Source: an uncultured virus (IMG/VR IMGVR_UViG_3300010334_000053)
Lineage: Duplodnaviria; Heunggongvirae; Uroviricota; Caudoviricetes
Length of the DNA: 20,000 bases
Direction: 5' to 3' (one strand)
Virus record (IMG/VR): IMGVR_UViG_3300010334_000053
The translations under genes and the position numbers were made by a program. The notes beneath the pieces are model-generated. The model was not told the DNA's origin. It made no database searches and saw only the letters and a program-made list of their open reading frames with translations. Positions 8,137 to 15,308 of the stretch are shown piece after piece; the first letter of the stretch is position 1; the number at the start of each line of letters is the position of its first letter.

Positions 8137-8214
8137 TGGTGATGCCAGTAGGACTCGAACCTACGACCTAAAGATTAGAAGTCTTTTGCTCTATTCCAGC
8201 TGAGCTATGGCACC
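8137..8214 (-). tRNA. tRNA-Arg(TCT)
   Basis: AAAGA-CTTCTAA-TCTTT, CCA. Confidence 0.93.
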
Positions 8215-8223
8215 ATAATTTTG

Positions 8224-8412
8224 TTAAGCCTGACCGTTTTTCCAGTCATCTTCGGTGATTTCAAAGTCGGCATTTTTAACAGACTTAATGGCTCTAAACA
8301 CGGTTACTACACCTAAACACACAGCACCGGTTACACCAAATACTGCAAGAAATGCAATTTTTGGACCTAGAATTCTTGCCTGCTCATATACTGCATGTTT
8401 GATCTGTTTCAT
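8224..8412 (-). CDS. small membrane protein (62 aa)
   Basis: Hydrophobic segment; paralog at 8423-8524. Confidence 0.65.
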   Translation of the reverse strand: MKQIKHAVYEQARILGPKIAFLAVFGVTGAVCLGVVTVFRAIKSVKNADFEITEDDWKNGQA

Positions 8413-8536
8413 TGTGGTAGCCTTATTTACTCATCAAGTAAAACACACCAAATACTGCAAGAATTGCAATCTTTGGACCTAAAATTCTTGCTTGTTCATA
8501 TACTGCATGTTTGATCTGTTTCATTGTGGTAGCCTT
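8332..8536. repeat. tandem direct repeat, ~93 bp units offset by 112 bp
   Basis: 8332-8424 versus 8444-8536 differ at about 6 positions. Confidence 0.9.
8423..8524 (-). CDS. 33-aa membrane peptide, paralog of 8224-8412
   Basis: MKQIKHAVYEQARILGPKIAILAVFGVFYLMSK; mostly synonymous divergence from the paralog. Confidence 0.6.
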   Translation of the reverse strand: MKQIKHAVYEQARILGPKIAILAVFGVFYLMSK

Positions 8537-8558
8537 TGTAATTGCTATTTACTTGACA

Positions 8559-8587
8559 AGTATAAAACACCATGATGTTATTGTCAA
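8559..8587 (-). promoter_or_regulatory. sigma70 promoter
   Basis: TTGACA-17 nt-TATACT. Confidence 0.82.
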
Positions 8588-8634
8588 TATTAAAAATTAA
8601 TAAATAATATGGTTACTTTGGAGAAATATGTACC

Positions 8635-9111
8635 ATGAATATTAAAGAACTTCTTAACATTTCCGAAGGAGAAATTGTTGATTTTGATGCTGCAAAGCAA
8701 GATAAAGAGTTGAAGGGATTTCACAAAGATTTCATGGGAAAAGTTCAACAACGTGCCAGTGGCATGAATGCAGTAATGTCAGCGATGAAAGAAAAAGGAA
8801 TCTTTGATGATCTTCCTGTTGGAACTAGAATTCGTCTATCAAAAGGCGGAAGTTACAAAGTTATCCGACATGGCGTAACACGTTCAAAAACTGGCATGGA
8901 AAACTCATTTTCAGCAAATTTTCGAAAAGATCATGGATTCGGACCAGCTTATTTTTTGCCTACGGAAGACGGATTCTATACACCACTAGTGTATCTTAGG
9001 AAAGAAGAATCAAACGGCGATTATGAAGAAAGTGGTTTCCATCTTGATAAACTTATGAATTTTGAAACTGGTGAAAAACGTTACACTAAGTTTACCGGTC
9101 CGCAACGTTAA
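8635..9111 (+). CDS. hypothetical late protein
   Basis: AATAAATA upstream, GGAG, MNIKELL N-terminus. Confidence 0.7.
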   Translation: MNIKELLNISEGEIVDFDAAKQDKELKGFHKDFMGKVQQRASGMNAVMSAMKEKGIFDDLPVGTRIRLSKGGSYKVIRHGVTRSKTGMENSFSANFRKDHGFGPAYFLPTEDGFYTPLVYLRKEESNGDYEESGFHLDKLMNFETGEKRYTKFTGPQR

Positions 9112-9112
9112 T

Positions 9113-9189
9113 TGGTGCTCCTAACAGGATTCGAACCTGTGGCCTCAAGATTAGGAATCGTGCGCTCTATCCTGCTGAGCTATAGGAGC
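9113..9189 (-). tRNA. tRNA-Arg(CCT)
   Basis: Loop TTCCTAA, canonical D and T arms, CCA. Confidence 0.9.
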
Positions 9190-9191
9190 AT

Positions 9192-9265
9192 TGGTGCCTC
9201 ATGACAGGATCGAACTGCCGTACTCTGATTACGAAACAGATGTAATACCACTATACGAATGAGGC
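9192..9265 (-). tRNA. tRNA-Thr(CGT)
   Basis: Loop TTCGTAA, CCA. Confidence 0.88.
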
Positions 9266-9266
9266 G

Positions 9267-9352
9267 TGGTACGGGCGACAGGACTCGAACCTGCACTAGC
9301 GTAACTAACTGAGGCTTAAACTCAGCGGGTCTACCAATTCCCCCACGCCCGC
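9267..9352 (-). tRNA. tRNA-Leu(TAA)
   Basis: CTGAG-TTTAAGC-CTCAG, long variable arm, CCA. Confidence 0.9.
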
Positions 9353-9369
9353 ACATACTACTATTTAAC

Positions 9370-9455
9370 TGGAGGAAGATGATGGCATCGAACCATTGAC
9401 CTTTCAGTCACTACTGCTTTCGAAACAGTGTGGGGAGCCAACCCCAGCATCTTCC
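9370..9455 (-). tRNA. tRNA-Ser(CGA), 8/4 structure
   Basis: 8-bp acceptor GGAAGATG/CATCTTCC, 4-bp T stem, loop TTCGAAA, long variable arm. Confidence 0.8.
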
Positions 9456-9462
9456 ATTAATT

Positions 9463-9545
9463 TGGTGCCCAGGAAGGGGATCGAACCCTCAAACATATCA
9501 CTTGGCTCTCGACCAAGCCGCTTTACCAGAATTGCGTACCTAGGC
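9463..9545 (-). tRNA. tRNA-Leu(GAG)-like, atypical (C33)
   Basis: CTTGG-TCGAGAG-CCAAG, 10-nt variable region, CCA. Confidence 0.7.
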
Positions 9546-9553
9546 ATTTTTAT

Positions 9554-9641
9554 TGGAGGAGTCGGAGGGATTCGAACCCTCGGTACCTTTCGGTACGCTA
9601 CCTTTCCAAGGTAGTTCAATCGGCCGCTCTGACACGACTCC
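9554..9641 (-). tRNA. tRNA-Ser(GGA)
   Basis: CTACC-TTGGAAA-GGTAG, long variable arm, CCA. Confidence 0.92.
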
Positions 9642-9650
9642 AAAATTTCT

Positions 9651-10391
9651 TTATTTTGTAATAACAGGCTGTCCTGCGGCACCTACCGCTTGAGTAGTTG
9701 CAGTCTTTCCGATATTAGCTCCAAATGATAGTTTTCCTTTGACATAAGTTAAAATGTCTAAGAAATACTTTTTCACAGTTGCCATATGATCGAAAAATCC
9801 CATAAATCCTGGCATAGTAACATTTGTAATGATTCCTGCAAATTCTTTAACTTTGTCTACTATAACATCGGTGGCTGTTGAAATTGCAGTTTGAGTCATA
9901 GTTGCTGCTTTTAATAGCATATCTTTAAGATAGCTTAAGAATCCATATAGTCCCAATTTTGCCAAAAATCCTTTCCATCCAGTAGTTTGCATAAAACTAT
10001 TAATAGAAGGTTGTAACATATTCCATAGTTTTTCAACAACAGGCGAAATTGCAGGAATTTTTGTTTTAATTTCAGTAATTAGTGCAACTACTGTTTTTTG
10101 CACATTACGGCACTGTTTGCCTAATTGTGCAACGGTACTATCCATCATTGCTTGATCGGACACAACGTCTTTGATCAAAATTGCCGCAGTTTTAACATCC
10201 GTTATAGCACCCTTGATATCATTGACGGTTTTCGTATACTGATTGCCCAAGTATTGTTTGGCCGAATCTAAAAATCCCTCATAGATTATTTGCTCGGTTA
10301 ATATACTTTTACTGTAGTAAACACCTTCGCAAAGGTATAGATTTTTTAATACAGTATTCTGATTTTCGTAAAGGATTTCATTTATACGCAT
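9651..10391 (-). CDS. hypothetical late helical protein
   Basis: AATAAATA 4 nt before ATG; MRINEIL N-terminus. Confidence 0.72.
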   Translation of the reverse strand: MRINEILYENQNTVLKNLYLCEGVYYSKSILTEQIIYEGFLDSAKQYLGNQYTKTVNDIKGAITDVKTAAILIKDVVSDQAMMDSTVAQLGKQCRNVQKTVVALITEIKTKIPAISPVVEKLWNMLQPSINSFMQTTGWKGFLAKLGLYGFLSYLKDMLLKAATMTQTAISTATDVIVDKVKEFAGIITNVTMPGFMGFFDHMATVKKYFLDILTYVKGKLSFGANIGKTATTQAVGAAGQPVITK

Positions 10392-10401
10392 CAACTATTT
10401 A

Positions 10402-10581
10402 TTAATAAATATCAATGTCGCGGTTCAGCAAGTGGCGAGCCACACGATGTTCAAGTTTCTTATCGCGGCTACGAGCCTTCTTGCTACGACGGTTGTTGTA
10501 AGTTTCAGTGGGGAAAGTATCATGTCCAGGGCAGCAACGACCGATACTACCGGGCTTGGCAAAATGGATATCACGCTTCAT
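10402..10581 (-). CDS. small basic protein (59 aa)
   Basis: AGGAG RBS, MKRDIHF...; the ORF-track extension overlaps tRNA-Val. Confidence 0.6.
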   Translation of the reverse strand: MKRDIHFAKPGSIGRCCPGHDTFPTETYNNRRSKKARSRDKKLEHRVARHLLNRDIDIY

Positions 10582-10597
10582 TTTACTTCTCCTATAA

Positions 10598-10672
10598 TGG
10601 TGTGCGATGAGGGATTTGAACCCCCGACTTTCACCGTGTCGAGGTGACACTCTACCGCTGAGTTAATCGCAC
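10598..10672 (-). tRNA. tRNA-Val(GAC)
   Basis: TCACC-TCGACAC-GGTGA, CCA. Confidence 0.88.
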
Positions 10673-10679
10673 ATTAAAT

Positions 10680-10804
10680 TGGTGGACCCGACTGGATTTT
10701 CACCAGTATCTCTGTTGTTCATCGGCACTAAGTTTATCCGGAAATCTCAATGTCGGTATCTGGTGCTTTGATTACTTCCGTCGAAGGTTTTAAGCTACAG
10801 GCCC
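10680..10804 (-). ncRNA. 125-nt tRNA-like RNA with Ala identity (G3:U70, A73, CCA)
   Basis: Acceptor GGGCCTG/CGGGTCC, T arm ACTGG-TGAAAAT-CCAGT, expanded D arm, long internal hairpin. Confidence 0.7.
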
Positions 10805-10810
10805 ATAATT

Positions 10811-10895
10811 TGGTAGGGGTAGAGGGACTCGAACCCCCACGCCTTGCGGCAAAGCATTTTGAGTGCTCCGCGTAGACCAATTCCGCCATACCCCC
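10811..10895 (-). tRNA. tRNA-Leu(CAA)
   Basis: GAGCA-CTCAAAA-TGCTT, long variable arm, CCA. Confidence 0.92.
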
Positions 10896-10932
10896 ATTTA
10901 TTCTTTAAAAATCTATTAGTATTCTTTGATAA

Positions 10933-11020
<88 letters not shown>

Positions 11021-11058
11021 ATTATTCGTATAACTCTGTAAACTTTTTACTATATCGT

Positions 11059-11087
11059 ATTATATGATAGTTATTAGATATTGTCAA
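11059..11087 (-). promoter_or_regulatory. consensus sigma70 promoter heading the tRNA run
   Basis: TTGACA-17 nt-TATAAT. Confidence 0.85.
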
Positions 11088-11815
11088 GAATTTTTGTTTA
11101 AAATTCCAAGAATGTGCTGAACAGCAATATATTTAGCATGGCGATCACCTAGGCCACGTAATGCACTGTTGATAGACCGTGTTGCGGCCTGTGTATTGTC
11201 AAAATTGTCAATTTTAGGACTGACCCGATTTTTCCAATACCAAACCGAAACTTTTGCGGCAACTTCTGGTTTTTCAAGAATTTCAGGATGTTGCTCAAGT
11301 GGCAATCCTAGTGCATTGCCTGCTTTGCGATAATTCTCTCTGCCAGTTAATTGAATATATCCTCTACCGATATACCGTTGACCGTCTCCTGGCCGAGTAT
11401 TGCCTAATCTTTTTGCTTTTTCAGGATTATGTTTTATATCGTATTTTTTAAAATATGCACTATTGCCTATTTCTTGCAATTGCGAAAAATTTAAAGATTC
11501 ATGTGCGCATTGTGCTAAAAATTGTGCAAGTTCTCTGCCCTTTAATCCAGCACCTCGCGCAGCACTGACTAAGGTCTTTCCAGCAACGGTATTAAAAGCA
11601 GCTAACAACTCACTGACCTTTTCAGGATTAGCTTTAATTTTTGGTATTTCCAATTTAACGGAGCTAGATTTTTCTGATGCAGAATTTGGATTATTTTGCA
11701 TTGCTGCATATCCTCCAAGTGCAGCAGTGCCTAACGCTCCTGCTGCAACTGCACCCTTGGCCCATTTAGACAGAGCTTCGTCAATTTGCTCTTCTATGAG
11801 TTCTGAAATTCGCAC
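11084..11815 (-). CDS. glycoside hydrolase family 19 (chitinase-like) peptidoglycan hydrolase
   Basis: FLAQCAHES, GRGYIQLTGRENY, WYW, SIN; N-terminal Ala/Gly-rich hydrophobic helix. Confidence 0.85.
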   Translation of the reverse strand: MRISELIEEQIDEALSKWAKGAVAAGALGTAALGGYAAMQNNPNSASEKSSSVKLEIPKIKANPEKVSELLAAFNTVAGKTLVSAARGAGLKGRELAQFLAQCAHESLNFSQLQEIGNSAYFKKYDIKHNPEKAKRLGNTRPGDGQRYIGRGYIQLTGRENYRKAGNALGLPLEQHPEILEKPEVAAKVSVWYWKNRVSPKIDNFDNTQAATRSINSALRGLGDRHAKYIAVQHILGILNKNS

Positions 11816-11818
11816 TAA

Positions 11819-12376
11819 TTATCTGGAGTTTGCTATACTGGTCAACAGTGCTTTTACTCTTCCAAATGGCATTTTGTCAATATTCTGAATAAATTTTGGA
11901 TCAAATGGCAACTTTGTTAGTGTTTGTTGCACAGATTGCAGTGATGCCAGTGTTTTCTTTGCTGTTGCACGTTGTTCGCCTGCTTGATATGTATTAGCAA
12001 TTCCTTGTGCTGCTCCAGTTGCTGCTCCGCCAATTGCTTTTCCTGCCTGCTGTGCTGCTCCAGATGCTGCCTGACCTGCTTGCTGTGCTGCGCCGCCAAT
12101 TGCCTGTCCTGCTTGCTTCAATGCACCACCAACTGCTTGACCGGCGCCTGCTGCTGCCTGGCCGACACGGCTTGCCGCGCCGCCCACTGCTCTTGAAGCT
12201 GCTCCACCAAGCGCACTAAGACCACCCAGTAATTCACTCAATTCAGCTTCTGATAATTCACCGGATTCAATCATCTGGGTGATTCTGTTGGACTCTAAAA
12301 GAGCCTGACTTTTTACATCAGAAGTACCATCTTCGATGGTTTCAATTAATTTAACTAAATCTCTCATGGATTCCAT
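11819..12376 (-). CDS. Ala/Gly/Gln-rich late protein
   Basis: TAAATA plus AAGGAG before ATG 12376; GQA(I/V)GGA repeats. Confidence 0.7.
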   Translation of the reverse strand: MESMRDLVKLIETIEDGTSDVKSQALLESNRITQMIESGELSEAELSELLGGLSALGGAASRAVGGAASRVGQAAAGAGQAVGGALKQAGQAIGGAAQQAGQAASGAAQQAGKAIGGAATGAAQGIANTYQAGEQRATAKKTLASLQSVQQTLTKLPFDPKFIQNIDKMPFGRVKALLTSIANSR

Positions 12377-12436
12377 GACAATATCTCCTTTTATTTTATT
12401 TATGCGATTAAACACATAATATAAAATTAGAAGAAA

Positions 12437-12508
12437 TGGTAGCTCGTGCAGGTACTGCCCCTGCCTAGACTCCCGTATGAGAGGAATCCGTCCACTTAGA
12501 CCCGAGCC
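12437..12508 (-). tRNA. degenerate tRNA(CAT) (Met/Ile2-like)
   Basis: TTCCT-CTCATAC-GGGAG, T stem GCAGG/CCTGC with non-canonical loop GGCAGTA, CCA. Confidence 0.6.
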
Positions 12509-12536
12509 ATGGTTTTAATAATTAGTTCACTGATTT

Positions 12537-13895
12537 TTATGACCAGTCGTCTTTGGGAACTTCTTTTTTATAGCTTTGAAGATGCTTGACAATCTTTTTC
12601 AAATATAGCTTCCAAACTTTTAAAAATTGAAGTTCTCTAGCAGATGGATTTGAATTTTGCATTGCCTGCTTTGCTGTAGGAGCAATTATTGATGGATAAG
12701 TATTATTTGGAAAATATCCCCACTTGACATCCTCAATTGCCGAATCAACGAATTCATTGACCTGACGCTGTTTATCATTTGTGGAATATGAATATCGAAA
12801 AGGCTCATTAGAGATGAAGTCCGAGTACAACTGGGTGGCAGCATGTGAAGCATGTGCTTCAATTTCATTGACAGAACCTAAATATGCTGCCCAGCGATCT
12901 ACATTGTATCCAAAATTGTCAGCATCATATGCATTTTGACCTCTCCTACCACCACGATATTTGCGGCGCCGGTTGTCTTTTTGACCGGCTTTTCCTCTTG
13001 TGTCATTTTTGTCATAAGCATAAAGTTTTGGCCTAGGAACACTTGTATCAGGAATCTTGGTGTAATCGCCTTTTCCATATCCACGGTTAGATGACTGCAT
13101 CTTGATATTAGCACGAGCATTCTGATCCATATGAACAACTTCGTGTACGTAAGTACTGACTAATTCTTTAAGAAATGCAGGGACAGGATTATCAACGCCA
13201 CTATCTCCATAACGATTTACGGAATCCCTTTCCAATAATCTGTGGGTTAATACAGTCCATAATTTTTCTTTAGAAGTATATATATTGATGTGCTGCGCAA
13301 GATCGTTCTGCCAATCAATTTGTTGTGACGATCTGCTATGTAAAGTGGATTTTTGTGGAAGACGTTGAAAATACCCGCCGCCAGTCTTTGGTTCGCCAGT
13401 GCGTTTATTTTTGCCAGTTGTGTCAAGTTGAACAATGATGTGCTGAAGCCAATACAAGTTCTTCTTTCTGTTTTCTTCCCATGGCTCATCATGTTTATAT
13501 TGTTCAATCTTACCAAACTGTGCTTCCATGTAATCACGTGCCAAATCCTGTAGATGAAGTTCCATTACATCAATGAATTCATCTACAATATCAATATTCG
13601 GCTCACTTTTGTATAGTTTTGATTGCACGATGCCACTGAGATCTTGTGACTTATATTGAAGATTGGATACAAGTTTATCTTCCTCACGCCGATCTAATCC
13701 ACGACCACGAATTTCTTCAACTCTATTTTCAAGAGAACTCATCTTTTTAAAGTAATTGCCTTCTCCTACTGAATCAAAAATAGATTCAGCATTCCACCTA
13801 ATAAATTGATCGATTTCTCGGGTAAGAAGATCATACGTGGCCTGAGTTAAGCCTGCTGTTTGATCGATTGCTTCTATGAGTTCTGTAATACGCAT
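12537..13895 (-). CDS. late protein with putative zinc metallopeptidase motif
   Basis: HEVVH plus downstream EIEAH; ATAAATA just before ATG. Confidence 0.65.
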   Translation of the reverse strand: MRITELIEAIDQTAGLTQATYDLLTREIDQFIRWNAESIFDSVGEGNYFKKMSSLENRVEEIRGRGLDRREEDKLVSNLQYKSQDLSGIVQSKLYKSEPNIDIVDEFIDVMELHLQDLARDYMEAQFGKIEQYKHDEPWEENRKKNLYWLQHIIVQLDTTGKNKRTGEPKTGGGYFQRLPQKSTLHSRSSQQIDWQNDLAQHINIYTSKEKLWTVLTHRLLERDSVNRYGDSGVDNPVPAFLKELVSTYVHEVVHMDQNARANIKMQSSNRGYGKGDYTKIPDTSVPRPKLYAYDKNDTRGKAGQKDNRRRKYRGGRRGQNAYDADNFGYNVDRWAAYLGSVNEIEAHASHAATQLYSDFISNEPFRYSYSTNDKQRQVNEFVDSAIEDVKWGYFPNNTYPSIIAPTAKQAMQNSNPSARELQFLKVWKLYLKKIVKHLQSYKKEVPKDDWS

Positions 13896-13908
13896 GTTGT
13901 ATTTATCA

Positions 13909-13984
13909 TGGTGCTGTATGACGGAATCGAACCGCCGACATCCTGATTACTAAACAGGTACTCTACCAACTGAGTTAATACAGC
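13909..13984 (-). tRNA. tRNA-Thr(AGT)
   Basis: Loop TTAGTAA, canonical D and T arms, CCA. Confidence 0.85.
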
Positions 13985-13995
13985 ATTAATTTTGG

Positions 13996-14074
13996 TGGAG
14001 CGCCAGACAGGATTCGAACCTGCATGTGATCCATTAGCTTTCTCCTGATTCGAAGTCAGGCGGCGTACTGGCGC
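13996..14074 (-). tRNA. D-armless tRNA-Arg(TCG)-like RNA
   Basis: GCGCCAG/CTGGCGC, 7-nt connector, CCTGA-CTTCGAA-TCAGG, 20-nt variable region, canonical T arm. Confidence 0.7.
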
Positions 14075-14091
14075 ATTTTTTATATGATAAT

Positions 14092-14280
14092 TTATCGAAA
14101 AGTTTTTCGACGAGGACCTTTGTCCCTATTAGGAATGGCATGATGTCTGGCCCAGGCCTCGTCTGTAAACCCAGGGCCGTACTTTGCCAAAAGAACTTCT
14201 GCTTCGCCTGAACTTACCAGAGACATCCATTCCTGATGATCATATCGTACTCCTGACTTTGATAATGTAATAGCTGGCAT
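14092..14280 (-). CDS. small hypothetical protein
   Basis: AAGGAAG RBS; lies between tRNAs. Confidence 0.6.
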   Translation of the reverse strand: MPAITLSKSGVRYDHQEWMSLVSSGEAEVLLAKYGPGFTDEAWARHHAIPNRDKGPRRKTFR

Positions 14281-14299
14281 TCTTTCTTCCTTTATTTGA

Positions 14300-14375
14300 T
14301 GGTGCGCATGGCAAGAGTTGAACTTGCGACCTACGAGTTATCAGCTCGTTGCTACTACCACTGAGCTACACGCGC
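14300..14375 (-). tRNA. tRNA-Ile(GAT)
   Basis: ACGAG-CTGATAA-CTCGT, CCA. Confidence 0.9.
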
Positions 14376-14381
14376 ATTTAA

Positions 14382-14579
14382 TTAGTTTTCAATTATTCCT
14401 GTTACCCAGTTTTCAGCGGTATCCTCCGCGTACCGCATTGAATGTTCAGAAACATCGATAAGTTTAGCTGGATATTGTTGAACATAACATTCAACTTTTA
14501 ATCCCGCTTCGTCTTTGAAAATAATGGCACTGCGATCACTGTGATCAGAATCGCCATTATACTTTGAAATAATTTCCAT
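14382..14579 (-). CDS. small hypothetical phage protein
   Basis: GAGG RBS; HSMRYAEDTAENWV motif. Confidence 0.65.
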   Translation of the reverse strand: MEIISKYNGDSDHSDRSAIIFKDEAGLKVECYVQQYPAKLIDVSEHSMRYAEDTAENWVTGIIEN

Positions 14580-14596
14580 TAATACCTCTTAAATAC

Positions 14597-14670
14597 TGGA
14601 TGCCCCCCTTGGATTCGAACCAAGATTGACGGATTCAAAGTCCGCGCTCTTACCTTTAGAGGAAGGGGCA
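14597..14670 (-). tRNA. tRNA-Gln(TTG)
   Basis: GCGGA-CTTTGAA-TCCGT, U1-A72, CCA. Confidence 0.9.
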
Positions 14671-14687
14671 ACATTAATTATTTGTGT

Positions 14688-14716
14688 ATTATATACGCTG
14701 TTGATTATGATGTCAA
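14688..14716 (-). promoter_or_regulatory. consensus sigma70 promoter
   Basis: TTGACA-17 nt-TATAAT. Confidence 0.85.
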
Positions 14717-14750
14717 TTGGTATTATTCAAATTATTTTGTAAAGTTAGTG

Positions 14751-14823
14751 ATGCTCTCCCAGGGGTCGAACCTGGAACCTTCTGAGTCAGAGTCAGACGT
14801 GCTGCCAATTGCACCAGAGAGCA
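14751..14823 (-). tRNA. tRNA-Gln(CTG), CCA not encoded
   Basis: TCTGA-CTCTGAC-TCAGA; TGCTCTC/GAGAGCA acceptor. Confidence 0.88.
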
Positions 14824-14828
14824 ATAAA

Positions 14829-15308
14829 TTATTTTTCTTGCCTTAAGGAAAAAACTTCTATTGCGGCTAGAATGTGTTCATCCTGTAGACCTTCGCCGTC
14901 TTCAATATACACTAGCCGTTTAGATTCAGTAAACTTTCTGTCATCAAAGCAAACCCAATCGCATTCACCATTGTCAGCGATCCACTGATTAATGGCAATT
15001 AATCTACCAATACCACGAACAGTGCTTGTCACATCTGTATAATCAATGTTCGGAAAAATTGTTCTCCAATCATTGTGAAAATGTGTTGGATCAATTCCCC
15101 AATGTATTAAATCTTCTTTTAAAGTTTTTCCATAGGGCAAGTGATAATTGTGCATGGAGTTGGTTACAATTTTTGCACCAGACTCAAGGCACAGATCATT
15201 GAGCAATTGAATTGAAACTTTATTACAAGCTAACCGCAGTTCAGATACCATGACTAGAGAACTTACATTAATTATTGGACCATCAATATCTAAAAATATT
15301 ATTCTCAT
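14829..15308 (-). CDS. HAD-family phosphatase (Swiss-Army-Knife RNA-repair type)
   Basis: IFLDIDG, IVTNS, R..AI..W, CFDD, GL motifs. Confidence 0.72.
   Translation of the reverse strand: MRIIFLDIDGPIINVSSLVMVSELRLACNKVSIQLLNDLCLESGAKIVTNSMHNYHLPYGKTLKEDLIHWGIDPTHFHNDWRTIFPNIDYTDVTSTVRGIGRLIAINQWIADNGECDWVCFDDRKFTESKRLVYIEDGEGLQDEHILAAIEVFSLRQEK

Noticed and set aside
8332..8536. DGR template/variable repeat pair
   Set aside because: Differences are not restricted to adenines of one copy, are mostly synonymous, and no reverse transcriptase is present
10680..10804. Canonical tmRNA
   Set aside because: Only 125 nt, with no room for the pseudoknots or a recognisable tag frame; kept as a tRNA-like RNA
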